Below are positions 23,945 through 36,761 of a stretch of DNA of 64,000 nt, piece by piece (within the stretch, counting starts at the first letter, position 1; the number at the start of each line of letters is the position of its first letter). Origin of the DNA: Octopus sinensis (taxonomy: Eukaryota); contig NC_043013.1 of the NCBI RefSeq assembly GCF_006345805.1, forward strand, positions 59,024,001-59,088,000, written 5' to 3'. Below the pieces are notes generated by a model, which was given only the letters and a program-made list of their open reading frames with translations, was not told the DNA's origin and searched no databases. The translations under genes were made by a program, and so were the position numbers.

Positions 23945-24941
23945 ATCCATGATTTTTCCAGGCATTGCTATTATAAGATAATTAATAATGTATTAATTAA
24001 TAATTTAAGATTTTACCTTATAAAATACTGAAAGATAATATTTCAATTTTTCCATGTAAGTGATGATAATATTTCAATTTTTTTCGTGTTTAATTTAAAT
24101 ATATGTTGTGATTGAATTATTTGATGTTACTCAGCCACACCAAATTAATGGCAGGGATTCTTGCCACCTTGCAGGTTGCACCATAGCTCACTAAAAGTTA
24201 CAAACAACAAGACACCAAAACCATCATTCACCAGGCTCCCATTAAGTAGCCTAGATTTTGAGTAGGTGATAATAGCACTGACTGCTGCTAATCTAGATCT
24301 ATCAATAATTATTCAATACAACAGTAATTATAAAAGCATATCAGATATACACAAGTTAAATTAATATAAATTTGATTTATGAAAAATCCTTTTAATTAAT
24401 TTTGAAATTTAGAAAGTAAATTTAAAATATAAGCAATTTTAACCAATGCCTTTTCTGGACAGCCTAGCTACATGCCTTCAGGTCTGCCCATAGAGACAGT
24501 GAAAAATGACTATATTCCTGTCCCAATAAATTTAGATGCATATATCTGAAGTATATAATACATCAACGAACTAGCCTGATTAAATAATTAACTAAAAAGA
24601 AAAGGAAAGCAAAAAAAGCAGAAAACAAGTTAATTAAAGCTGAAAGAGAAAATTAATAATAAAAGTTAAACTTTACCTAATTCAACAGAATATTAAAAAT
24701 AACTTTATTAAATATTTAATTAAAAAAATAAAATATACAAAAGGCAAAGTCAACCTCTGCAGAATTTGAACTCAAAACATAATGACAGTAAAAATACCAC
24801 AAACCATTTTGGCTGGCACACTAACATTTCTGCTGGCTCACCACCTTAGAATGTAAGCATTCATTTTAGAAATATATTCTTAAAATTATTGCTTGGGTTG
24901 TTACTCCCTTACTTACTTCCTGACTTACTAAATTAGCATTT

Positions 24942-25343
24942 ACTCTTTTACTCTCTTTTACTCTTTTACTTGTTTCAGTCATTTGACTGCGGCCATGCTG
25001 GAGCACCGCCTTTAATCGAGCAACTCGACCCCGGGACTTATTCTTTTGTAAGCCCAGTACTTATTCTATCGGTCCCTTTTGCCGAACCGCTAACTAACGG
25101 GGACATAAACACACCAGCATCGGTTGTCAAGCACAGACACACAAACACACACGCGCATATATATATATATATATATACATATATACGACGGGCTTCTTTC
25201 AGTTTCCGTCTACCAAATCCACTCACAAGGCATTGGTCGGCCCGAGGCTATAGTAGATGACACTTGCCCAAGGTGCCACACAGTGGGACTGAACCCAGAA
25301 CTATGTGGTTGGTAAACAAGCTACTTACCACACAGCCACTCCT
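24942..25343 (-). mobile_element. SINE family A, full length
   Basis: Reverse complement of the 7-400 copy. Confidence 0.9.
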
Positions 25344-25715
25344 GACACTTTATCTCGTAAATTTTTTCTACTAATTTTTGTTATATGTAACTAATGATTC
25401 TGAATTCCTCGTGCATATTTCTATCATTTAAGCCTAAGAAAAGTATACTTTTATTTTAAAATTAATACGTTTATGTTAATTGAAAATGAATACCCGCCTT
25501 ACTACCCACCTTGAGGTCTGACATATTTTGATTTATTTTTTTTTTTTATTGAACCAAATCTCAAACTATTTATGCCAAAGTGTAGCTGAGAAGGTGTCCT
25601 CTTTAAAATTGTTAACAGTTTGCAATTTAGTTGGGAGAACTGAATTAGTGGTGAAGCTTGGAATCTGCTGTGATTCTCAAAATGGTAGACATTCAACCAC
25701 GGTGGTGGTTGAATG

Positions 25716-25743
<28 letters not shown>

Positions 25744-25746
<3 letters not shown>

Positions 25747-25879
25747 TTATAAGTAAGGGCAAAAGACATAACGTCAATAACCATGTAAGACATAACGTCT
25801 TACATGGTTATTGATGTTATGTCTTTTTTCGGCATATTTTGGTATTAGAAATTATTTCTTTTGCCCTTACTTATAAATT
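25744..25879. repeat. Nested palindrome (23-bp outer arms, 31-bp inner arms)
   Basis: Outer arms 25744-25766 / 25857-25879; inner arms 25761-25791 / 25797-25827. Confidence 0.85.
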
Positions 25880-26216
25880 GTTTATAAATTTAACCTTTAA
25901 AGGTATTTTTTAATATGCTGGCCATTGAAAGAATTTTTTTTTTATTTTATCCTACATTAGATATATATATATATATAACAAAGTGAAGTTGTAAGGTACC
26001 GCACAAGTGGAAATATATATGAAAGAAGGTTTGAAAATGCAATTTTAAAGACATTTATTCACCTGACTGGTTTCACTTTTTTAGAAAATGATTGTCAAAT
26101 GTAAAATGTAAAGCTTTGTATAAGTTTTGTTGTGTTAAATACTGGTTATCACACAAGTATTAAAATACAGTTATACATTCTTTGATATTCTTATTATTAT
26201 CAAAGAATGTATATAT

Positions 26217-26435
26217 GCAGCAAGCTGGCAGAAACAATAGCACGCCGGGCAAAATGCTTAGCGGTATTTCATCTGCTGCTATGTTCTGAGTTCAAATTCT
26301 GCCGAGGTCAACTTTGCCTTTCATCCTTTCGGGGTTGATTAGATAAGTACTAGTTATCGACTTAATCTGTTTGTCTGTCCTTGTTTGTCCCCTCTATGTT
26401 TAGCTCCTTGTGGGCAATAAAGAAATAAGAATGTA
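26217..26435 (+). mobile_element. SINE family B, full length
   Basis: GCTGGCAGAAAC head...TAAAGAAATAAG tail. Confidence 0.85.
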
Positions 26436-26656
26436 TATATGTATTTTAATACTTTCACTATTTTTCCTGTGACATGTTTTTCCATGGCTTTTTCCCTCCG
26501 ATTTTATTTCCCTCCACTTAATGAGGTAGGTCGTGTGTGGTTACTTAGTCTGCAAGAAATAGCAGGTCAATTTTCTTCAGGTCACACCTTGAAATTGTAG
26601 TGATTTTTCGCATCACTGGTCTTCCATTGTTTGTTCTTTTCATTAACAACAGCCAT

Positions 26657-26702
<46 letters not shown>

Positions 26703-27629
26703 TTCACACGTGTGCATGCGTGTGTGCATGTGTGCATGCATGCGTGCATATGTGTGTGTGTTTCTGTATGTGTGTGTGTGTGTGTGTGTGTTTATCTACC
26801 TAATGCACTGAAAACTGTGTATTCTGTTTCTCTGATCTAATTACCTGTAATCCCTCTCCACCTTTGATCTGCTAAACATACAATGGTATCTGGTAACAAT
26901 GTCATATATAAGAAACGTCATAGGAAAGCTTTAAAAAATACTCCTTGAAAGAACTACAAGTCACATATTAAAAGTTGAAAAAGCTTCTTCAATTGTTTTG
27001 CTGTACAAATGTGTAATGCTTCCTCTCTTTAGGTTTCACCATATCAAGTCCATTATATATCGTAAATGAGGTTTAAGAATTTCCATCCTAAAACCAGGGT
27101 GCCATGTAAAAAGCATTGGTTGGGGTGCTGGTGTCACTTAAAAAAAAAACATTGGTGATGGTGCTACATGAAATGCATCCAGTACATAAAAAGTTGGGTT
27201 GACATTATGAAGGGCATCCAGTTTTAAAAACCAAGCCAAAACAGGCTACGGAACCTGGTGCAGCCCTTTGCCTTACCAGTTACTATCAAGCCATCCAACT
27301 CATACCAACATGGCAAACAGACAGTTGATGATGATGATGTTGATGATGGTGGTGGTGGTGGGGTGGTGGTGGTGGTGGTGTGGTGGTGGTGGTGGTGGTG
27401 GTGGTAGTGGTGGTGGTGATGATTGTTTAGACCAACTTTCCCTGCAATTCTCTATTAAGAGGTTATCCTCCCCCCAACAGGGCCTCCTTACTACATACAG
27501 ATGAAAGAATTCCTTATTTTAGGGAATGTATCATTTTATATAATAAAATTAAAGATATTTCATAGAGGTGCAAGCAGAACAGTAAGAATCCAATCAACAC
27601 ATCTTGTCATTCTTAATATATTATCACAG

Positions 27630-28065
27630 AGGTGTAGGAGTGGCTGTGTGGTAAGTAGCTTGCTTACCAACCACATGGTTCCGGGTTCAGTCCCACTGCA
27701 TGGCACCTTGGGCAAATGTCTTCTACTATAGCCTTGGGCCGACCAAAGCCCTGTGAGTGGATTTGGTAGACAGAAACTGAAAGAAGCCCATCGTATATAT
27801 GCGTGTATATATATATATATATATATGTGTGTATGTGTATATGTTTGTGTATCTGTGTTCCCCCACCTAACATCGCTTGACAACTGATGCTGGTGTGTTT
27901 ATGTCTCCATAACTTAATGGTTGAGCAAAAGAGACCGATAGACTAAGTACTAGGCTTACAAGGAATAAGTCCTAGCGTTGATTTGCTCAATCGACTAAAG
28001 GCAGTGTTCCAGCATGGCCACAGTCAAATAGACGAAACAAGTAAAAGAGTAAAAGAGTAAAAGAG
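27630..28065 (+). mobile_element. SINE family A, full length
   Basis: Matches the family-A consensus. Confidence 0.9.
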
Positions 28066-28381
28066 ATTCAAAACTTGAATATCTGTTTGCGGTTGTTATT
28101 TGCTACTGAAGAACATCATCTCCCTCAAAGCAATATATGTTCCTAACACATGTCATTCATCAATATAAGGGAGCTTTGAGACACTGCTGTGTTTCAATCT
28201 CATTGCGTGTTTCTTCTGTAGAAGTTACTCCAGACTGGTGACTCTCAGAAGAGCATGATCTCTTGTTTATAGGAATCAGCAAACAAATTGGCAGATGCAT
28301 GCAGATGTATGCCAAGCAGATAAGAATTCACAGAGTATACACCTTACAGTGAGAATCCAAGCAATAACATGCCTATTCATT

Positions 28382-28445
28382 AGTTCTGCCAAGGAAGGAG
28401 GTTATGTTTTCATCGGCGTTGGTTTGTCTGTCTGTGTGCAAAATA
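28382..28445 (+). mobile_element. Possible Helentron/HINE-type terminus
   Basis: CTGCCAAGGAAGGAGGTTATGTTTTCATCGGCGTTGGTTTGTCTGTCTG resembles recalled HINE-like 5' ends; not verified. Confidence 0.35.
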
Positions 28446-29444
28446 ACTCAAAAAGTCTCTCTTTCTCTCCCTCTCTTTTTCTTTCTCTCTCTCTCTCTCT
28501 CTGTCTTTGCCACCACCCTCACTGTCTCTATGTGTACTATTACTCTCACCCCACCATGAGGAATAGTAAGAGTGTCCTTGAATAATGAGGGAGGCAGTCT
28601 AACCTATCAACCCCAACACTAACTCAATCATTACAAAATACACCCCCATCTCTACTAATTTTACTGCTACCCATTACGCTAGTGCCATCACTAGCGCCAC
28701 CATTATCATTACTACCACCATTACATTAATCACAAAATACTCACTTCCCTTTTCAACTTTACTAATATTACTACCACAGTTTACACTATTACCATCACTA
28801 CCTTGACCACCACCATTGCATACATCATAGGAATGTCCCCCAGCACTGCTTATATTTCATCAGTATCACCTCCACCATGTGGCCCTATTACAATCATCAC
28901 AGAATATATCCCCCAGCACTGTTAATTACCAGCCTCATGACTCATTAAGAAGTAAACACCATCACCATCACCATCACCACCACCCTTATCTACCCCACAA
29001 CTGCTATAACAAGAGTTCTTATGCCAACTGAAATACACCCATCACACCACACCAGACGATATACACACTCCCCCACCCTTCTCCACACAGAGTCAACTCC
29101 TTTAATTACATCTCCGCCTTCTTTCATAATTATATCTTACATCTCTCATCTACCTTCCCTCTACACACACCTGTAATAGTTATTACATTATTATACAAAC
29201 TCCCCCTCCGGCCACCATCGCCTATCCCACTGGTTTCCAAGCTTTTTCCGACTGCCGCCTCTTGGCACCCACATCACACTCCTACGCCCTCTCCCCCATT
29301 ACAAAAGTACACCTCTTTCTTCTCCAAATTCAAAACTGTTTTTCACAAATAAAACTTAACCTAATTAATCCATTATTTTGTTGTTTTTCCAATATGAAAA
29401 GACTGAATTTACATCCCACTTGTAACTACATTATTATCTTATTT

Positions 29445-31040
29445 TTAATACAATGGATGTACATTGTGCAGGGATATCGGCTTATTGACATCTGGCTGAA
29501 AGGCAATGAGAAGTAGTCCCCTCATTCAATCATTTGCAGCCTGTTTCTTTGCTTAGAACAAATCTGTAAAAGCTGCACTGAGACCTCGGTCTAAAAAAAT
29601 ATAATGTTAGGAAGGCAACAAAGTACATCTTGACTCCGTTCCACAGTGCAGGGTAGCAGTCAAAAAGGTCCTTTTTCAATCAAATATCCAGATATGATAT
29701 TTTTTAACATTGGCCTCTGCTCAAAGTCATTTTAAAATGGAACCAGTTCTTCCTCCACCATTCTTCTTCCCTCATTACTGGGACCTAGGAATCACCCAGA
29801 TGGGTATTTCAATCAAAAGTAAATATCCTGAAATCTATGAGACATGTCTCTCTGCAGCTCATCCAGCTGTGAACAATACTCTTATATGTCATCTTCTGGT
29901 ATGTGCTTTTGTTTGTTTAAATCAGAGAGGCTTGGAAACTGGAAAAACTAGTGACAGCCTACGTTAAATTTGAACAACTGTAATTTGGACAGAAACATGG
30001 AGAGGGCTGGTTTCACTTTCATATGGTTTAACCTCATTTCCTTGCAGTTGCAAATTAACTTCATTGAACTTTGTAAAAATATTGGGTTGTCCGGAAAGTT
30101 CATGCCGATTTATAGTAGCTTACCTTTCGACTTATTTTAGAACATGGTTGAGTCCATAAAATAGGATTTGACTACACCTCAATTTAGGGCACAGTTTAAG
30201 CTATCTTTTCGTGGAAGAAGGTTTATGTTCCTATAACCTGTGTTAATTCTATAACCCTTTAAAATGGAAGATAAGAAAGTTCATTTTCAGCAATTGATGC
30301 TTTGGAGACCAGACAAAAATTGCTGCAGCTCGGCTGGGATGTGTTACCCCACCCTCCATATTCACCAGATATTGCTCCTTCAGATTTCCACTTATTCAGG
30401 TCTCTGCAAAATAGCCTTAATGGTAAAAATTTCAATTCCTTGGATGATGTAAAAAGATACTTTGATGAATTCTTTGCTATGAAACCACCTGAATTCTGGG
30501 AAGAGGGTATTTTCAAGTTAAAGGAAAGATGGAGACGCATTGTGCAACAAAATGGTTCATATTTGGTTGATTTTAAAATGTAATGGCAAGTATTTATTGA
30601 CCTTTTTCTTTCCTTTAAAAATCGGCACAAACTTTCCGGACATTCCAATATATCTGCCATATAAGCAATAATTCGGGTAAATCACAAAGAAATGAATAAG
30701 AGCCTTACAAGAATTCAAGAACTGTTTTAAAAGGGAGGATAGAAACTTTCAGGCAGTTTCCCTTCAAACTTCTGTGTGCAACAACAAACGTTCATAATCT
30801 TTATCATTCTCAGTACTGAGCTGTAGGACCAGTGAGGAATTGTGAGCATTGGCCTTGATTTTATTTACTGCTACAATAATAGTGTTCATTGATTTGTTAA
30901 GTCTGTCACCTGGTATATTAACAACCAGATGTTGCTTGTGGGTTACAGAGTGCACTGTAAACATGCTAGGTATAACATTTTCATTAAACCGATGAGGCTC
31001 AATGACAACTTACCACCAATGGTGTCCCATCTATTGCTCA
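29445..31040 (-). pseudogene. hAT transposase relic (Charlie/SCAND3/ZBED5-type), interrupted by a mariner
   Basis: DGTPLV..., VHSVTHKQHLV...RLNKSMNTIIVAVNKIKANA...ENDKDYERLLLHTEV, LSMFLSKLQLFK, ELQRDMSHRFQDI, YPALWNGVKMYFVAF. Confidence 0.85.
30082..30648 (+). mobile_element. Internally deleted mariner element
   Basis: TIRs TTGGGTTGTCCGGAAAGTT / AACTTTCCGGACATTCCAA; TA TSDs; ORF with HPPYSPDIAPSDFHLF. Confidence 0.92.
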
Positions 31041-31299
31041 AACGCGAAACACCGACTCCTGTTTTTTTTATCTGTTTCTAGTTGTTTTACAAAGGAATGC
31101 TCTTGAACCAAGCGTTAATTTTTGACAAAGCAAACATAAGCAAGAAACATACTTTTATTGCTTGGCACGGGGGACTAATCTGTCTGTGAGCTGAGTTCGG
31201 TTGTTCTAAGTATGTTGCATGATGAATCTTCAATGTTACAGTATTACACATTTTGAAACATTTGTAATACGCAATTTTAGAGAAAGAATTTGGTACTTC

Positions 31300-31535
31300 T
31301 TATTTCTTTACTACCCACAAGGGGCTAAACATAGAGGGGAGGGACAAACAAGGACAGACAAAAGGATTAAGTCGATTACATCGCCCCTAGTGCGTAACTG
31401 GCACTTATCTAATAGACCCCAAAAGGATAAAAGGCTAAGCCGACCTCGGCGGAATTTAAACTCAGAACGTAAAGACAGATGAAATACTGCTAAGCATTTC
31501 ACCTGGTGTGCTAACGTTTCTGCCAGTTCACCACC
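31300..31535 (-). mobile_element. SINE family B
   Basis: Reverse complement of the family-B consensus. Confidence 0.85.
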
Positions 31536-31787
31536 TTTTGGTACTTCTACTCCCTTATTTTAATTTTCATGATTAAAATCCCCACCAAAATGAAACTTAG
31601 AAATTCTGATTTCAAAATGTGAAATACTACATGATGCAATGTAATTTTTAAAAATGGTGGGAGCTTGGCGTTCTCACGGTGTGATGAGAGGATGGGTAGA
31701 CATTTTAAAAGGTATGGATTAAAATACCTTAAAGAATGTCCGCCTGGAAGTGTTTTGAAATGTAGGATACTATAAAATGTTAAAATC

Positions 31788-32480
31788 AACCCTGAAGACA
31801 GATGCTGTGTTATCCAACAATGGGTCCAAGTAACTAACTTTATTCCAGACCACCAATCCCCCCAGAAACAGCTGTCGGACTCATAAAACTCTACTCATTT
31901 AACTCCTGATATCATTTATTTTCTGTAAGTTGGACTATTTGATATCCATACACATGTACATTTTTTTCTATTAAATGTATTTAATATTCCGAGCGTGATC
32001 ATTGCCAGAGCAGCCAACTGGCTTCCATACCCGTGGCACATAAAAGGGCACCGTTCAAGCATGATCGTTACCAACGTCGCTTCACTGGCACCTGTGCCAG
32101 TGGCACATGTAAAAAGATTCGAGCGAGGTCGTTGCCAGTACCGCCTGACTGGCGCCCATGCTGGTGGCACATAAAAAGCACCCACTACACTCTCAGAGTG
32201 GTTGGCGTTAGGAAGGGCATCCAGCTGTAGAAACTCTGCCAGATCAAGATTGGAGCCTGGTGCAGCCATCTGGTTCGCCAGTCCTCAGTCAAAATCGTCC
32301 AACCCATGCTAGCATGGAAAGCAGACGTTAAACGATGATGATGATGATGATTCTGTGTAAATCAACTTGCCTAACTTGCTTCTCATTACATTTACCCATC
32401 TACCCACTCAAGTTGAAATCTCTTGAGCACTTCGAAGTGTATTTCTATAGAGAACACCTGTCTCTAACCTATAAACTATA
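31788..32480 (+). mobile_element. Short hammerhead-bearing element (homologous to 57665-57975), split by an RTE tail insertion
   Basis: CUGAAGA...~65 nt...GAAACAGCUGUC-GGAC; shared downstream blocks TAAGTTGGAC, ATTAAATGTATTTAATAT, CTTGCCTAACTTGCTT. Confidence 0.65.
31990..32350 (+). mobile_element. RTE 3' UTR fragment with (GAT)n tail
   Basis: GTGGCACATAAAAAGCAC subrepeats, GGAAGGGCATCCAGC, (GAT)n. Confidence 0.85.
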
Positions 32481-32546
32481 CATAAGTGTGTGTGTTTGTG
32501 TGTGTGCATGTATGTGTGTGTGCATGGGTGTACACAGACACATGCG

Positions 32547-33655
32547 TGAGGGGTGTTCATTAAAGATTTCCCCTGACTCACTTTCAGCTATTGCAGGAAA
32601 CGGAACTTGTACAGGTATAATCATACATGTCCCTACATGTCACATTGCAAATTGCAGCTTTGCACTAGTATTTGTTTGTCTTTTACGGCTGCTGAAGTGG
32701 ACTAAGGTCTTATAATGGAGACAGTTGAATGCACATCAGTGATCAGGTTCTTATACTTGAAAGGTTACACATCAAAAGAGACTTTTGATGAGATGAAAGA
32801 AGTTTATGGAGACAATGCACCATCATACAACACAATCAAGCACTGGCATTGTCAATTCAAATGTTGTCAGGCATTGGTGGAGACTGCTTCTATTCCTGAA
32901 TGACCACATTCCACCTTTGATGATGACACCATTCATAAAGTGGAAGCTGCCATTTTGAAAGATCACTACATAACTATTCAACAACTAGCTTAAGAAGTGA
33001 AAATAAGTGTTCAGTCCATGGAAAAAAAACATTTACAACCACTTGCACATGCAGAACTTGTCTGCACGAAGGACTCCCCAGATGCTCACATATTTTCAGA
33101 AGCGGGAATGAATCAATTTCTCCCAGGCTCTTTTGGTGATGTGCAAAGAAAATGAGGACTTTTTGCAGACTTACCACACAGGATGAAACATGGAGCCATC
33201 ACAATGATCTCGAGACTAAAGTCCAGTCGAAGCAATGGAAACGTAATAATGCACCACCTCCAAAGAATGCTTTTGTCCAGCCCCCAACAGACAAGGCGAT
33301 ATTCACAGTCTTTTGGGACCAGCACAGAGTAATGATGATGGATTTTCTGGCAAAGGGCACCACAATTAATGGGGCATATTATGCTTCACTGCTGTAGAAA
33401 TTGCAGGACACCATCAAAGCAGAGGAGCATGGCATGTTGACCGAAGGAGTCCACCTCCTCCAAGCTAACACCTCAGTTCACAATGCGCATGTTGCCCAGA
33501 TGAAAGCACATCCTATAGCTATGAAATCCTTCTTCATCTCCTTTACTCTCCCAACTTTTTTGAAGGGGAAGCACTTTTCAAATGATGATGAACTTATTTC
33601 CTATGTAAAGTCTTGACTCCAAACGCAGCCTACCGACTTCTACATATGACAATGA
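32547..33655 (+). pseudogene. Decayed mariner (DD34D) transposon
   Basis: VIRFLYLKG...MKEVYGDNAPSY, TQDETWSHH, TVFWDQ, GTTINGAYYASLL; left end GAGGGGTGTTCATTAA. Confidence 0.88.
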
Positions 33656-33793
33656 TTAAGTAACGTGCAAAATAGTAAATAAAACGCGTTATATATTTTA
33701 TCTTATATTTAATCTGTCTATAATATGTAATTTTTCCAAATGGTATAATTTAATTTTTCATTATTGAATTGATAAAAGATGGTTTTTTTCCTA

Positions 33794-33860
<67 letters not shown>

Positions 33861-33945
33861 TTTATGAAATTTGATTTAGTATTTCTAAATTGAATTTTTC
33901 CCCGTAAGTTTGGAATAATATTCCCTCATATTATTATATATATAT

Positions 33946-34032
<87 letters not shown>

Positions 34033-34443
34033 TAATATATATATACACACACATCATCATCCTCATCATCATCATTTAATGTCTGTTTTCCATGCTGGCA
34101 TGGCATAGTTTTGATGGTTTGACAGGAGCTGGTAAAGTCAGGCCAGCACCAGTCTGTAGTGCTTGCATTTACATATGAATATTTAGCAGTTAAATATTTA
34201 TGAACTCTGTGTGGATTTTCTGATTGTAAAGTAGAAGTCATGGTCTGTTTCCTTTATAATGCTCAAAAGGAATGTTGTCAAATTTAGCAGTAGTGGTTGT
34301 GGTGGTGGTGGTGGTGGTGGTGGTGGTATGAATACTGTATACAGGTGTGAAGAGAACATGTATGCATTAGTGTTTAACTTGCTCAGCCTTTTTGTTTGTT
34401 GGTGTTTGCATGTTTATGGATGATATTTAAATTGCTGTATTAA

Positions 34444-34940
34444 TCTATATATATAAAACTGTAGTTGTGTGAGTGTCTGTCTCCTACGATTTAGATTCCT
34501 AACTACTCCCACATTTTGCGGTGCAGTTTAACCAAATTCGGGTATCTTATAGTCGTGATTCATATCGAACCCGTCTGGCTATTAGCGCACGTCTACGATT
34601 ATTTAACATAATTTTTTATTCCATTTTAATGCATAATCTTTCGTGTGTCGATGGCGGCGGAGTTGGCGTCCACGTTCAAACACCTGCACCTGTGTTTGCT
34701 TCTCCCCCTTCTTCCCTCCCTCGTGAAGCTGTGGGGAAGGGAGTGTAAGGAAATCAACGTCATAATGCGTTGTCAAGGAGACCAGCGTTCTTTTAGAACA
34801 ACGACTTCATGGCTTGAAGACACCAAAACAGAAATGGCTAAGAAAGCCCGAATTGGCATCTATAAAGGAAGTAACTCTCTAAAAATGCTTATATAGTTAT
34901 TTCCCTTACAAACCCGAGCATCGCCGGGCGATACTGCTAG
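34444..34940 (+). mobile_element. Complete non-autonomous Helitron
   Basis: A|TC start; subterminal hairpin CCCGAGCATCGCCGGG (34913-34928); CTAG|T end. Confidence 0.85.
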
Positions 34941-35037
34941 TTTTGTATAAAGACATTTTTTGCAAAAATCAACAAGCTTTTTTACTATTATCCCTCATCT
35001 TTCGTCCTGGTGGCAAATAAAAGAAATCCCTATTTAT

Positions 35038-35491
35038 TATTCTGTTGTGTCTGGGGAGAGTCATTTTCTTTTTGTGCCTTATAATGTAACACTCTCACCG
35101 GTAAAATTTCCATTTATTTCTTATTTTTATTTTCCTAAAATTTTCATTGTGTCTTGTAACCTTTTCAATAGTCTTGACTCTGTCTGTTATTTACACTGCG
35201 TTCCCTTTTGTTTGCTTGTGCGCATGTTTGTGGGTCAGTGTGTGTGTGTGTGTGTGTGCCTATGCATGCATGCATGTACGTATGTATGTGTGTATGTTTG
35301 CATGTGTATGTATGTATATATGTGTGTGTATGCATATGTATATATATATATATATATGTATGTGTGTGCATCTGTATGTATGTATCTTGCATATTTATGT
35401 GCTTGCATGTCCGTGTTTGTGTATTTTCTACCGGTGAGTGTGTTACATTATAAGGCACAAAAAAGTGACTCTCCCCAGACACAACAGAATA
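35038..35491. mobile_element. MITE with ~65-bp TIRs, possible TA TSD
   Basis: TATTCTGTTGTGTCTGGGGAGAGTCA...ACCGGTA versus TACCGGT...TGACTCTCCCCAGACACAACAGAATA. Confidence 0.8.
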
Positions 35492-35734
35492 TGCTTCAAC
35501 ACACGAACTCACATAAAGAATCTTGCAAACCAAAAACACAACTGGAAGCTGTTAGTAAAGGATTGCTCAGAGACAGATGAACTTAGAAAAGTCAGATATT
35601 GTTGATTGTGGCCTATATTCCAAAGAGTGGTGAAAGGAGTGGGGGCAAAAGGCGGAGGATAGATTTGTTGATCGAACAACTGTAAAATTAATCTTCATAA
35701 GCCTCTGTGTATGAGCTGTTATTTATTGTGTGTA

Positions 35735-35972
35735 TGTGCCGGTGGCACATAAAAAGCACCAACCGTTCGTGGCCGTTGCCAGCCTACCCTGGCCTCTGTG
35801 CCGGTGACATGTAAAAAGCACCCACTACACTCACGGAGTGGTTGGCGTTAGGAAGGTCATCCAGCTGTAGAAACACTGCCCAGATCAGACTGGAGCCTGG
35901 TGCAGCCTCCTGGCTTCCCAGACAATGGTCGAACCGTCCAACCCATGCCAGCATGGAAAACAGACGTTAAAC

Positions 35973-36005
<33 letters not shown>
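35735..36005 (+). mobile_element. RTE 3' UTR fragment with (GAT)n tail
   Basis: As for 58457-59135. Confidence 0.85.
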
Positions 36006-36248
36006 ATTTATCTCGGTATCTTTGTTCATTCGTTCACATGTTCGTACACCTGTTTTCCACGCTAGTAAATACATATCTGAGGTATTGTTTTACAGGCTAG
36101 ATGCCTCTCTTGTCACTTAGCCTTTACAGTAAAAACACAGTATTGACTTACAACAAAACGTTTAATATACTTTGAATAATGAAATGAAGTGTTCCTACAG
36201 GTCATTAATAACCCTTACCTGTTTTAGAAGTGAGGGATATCTTGTGTG

Positions 36249-36562
36249 GGTACTATTTAAGAAGAGTGGTCCCGGTGCGCACATTCACGTACTCGCGTAT
36301 CCATGCTAGCTAGTCGTGACTAGTCGATCCTACAACGACTACCTATCCTATAACAAATGTTCATACAAATTCGGTTGAAAGTTATTAGAAGTTATTAGAT
36401 AAATGTTTGGTACCCCCATCATAAATTAGGTTTTTTTTTAAACAAATAGGGTTTTTTTTATAGGATAGGTAGTCATTGTAGGATCGACTAGTCACGACTA
36501 GCTAGCGCAGATGTGCGAGTATGCGAGTGCGCGCACTAGGACCACTCTTCTTAAATAGTACC
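36249..36562. mobile_element. Mutator-like MITE
   Basis: ~100-bp TIRs starting GGTACTATTTAAGAAGAGTGGTCCC; 9-bp TSD tcttgtgtg / tattgtgtg. Confidence 0.75.
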
Positions 36563-36602
36563 TATTGTGTGTGTGTGTGTGTGTGTATGTGTGTCTGTGT
36601 GT

Positions 36603-36640
<38 letters not shown>

Positions 36641-36761
36641 GTGTGTCCTACAGAGCATCCAACAATAACCACTCTCCTTTCCTTCCAAGCAGGTTTGGCA
36701 GGGGTGGCTGGTTTAGTCACTGATGGCTTCATCATGTGACAGATTGTACTGGATGCAATAA

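Noticed and set aside
29859-29899. Plus-strand 41-nt exon-like segment (ctgcag|...|gtatgt)
   Set aside because: Antisense to the hAT transposase relic; likely coincidental signals
31013-31057. Apparent minus-strand exon with GTG|gtaagt donor
   Set aside because: Lies in the hAT transposase relic (DGTPLV catalytic-region motif)
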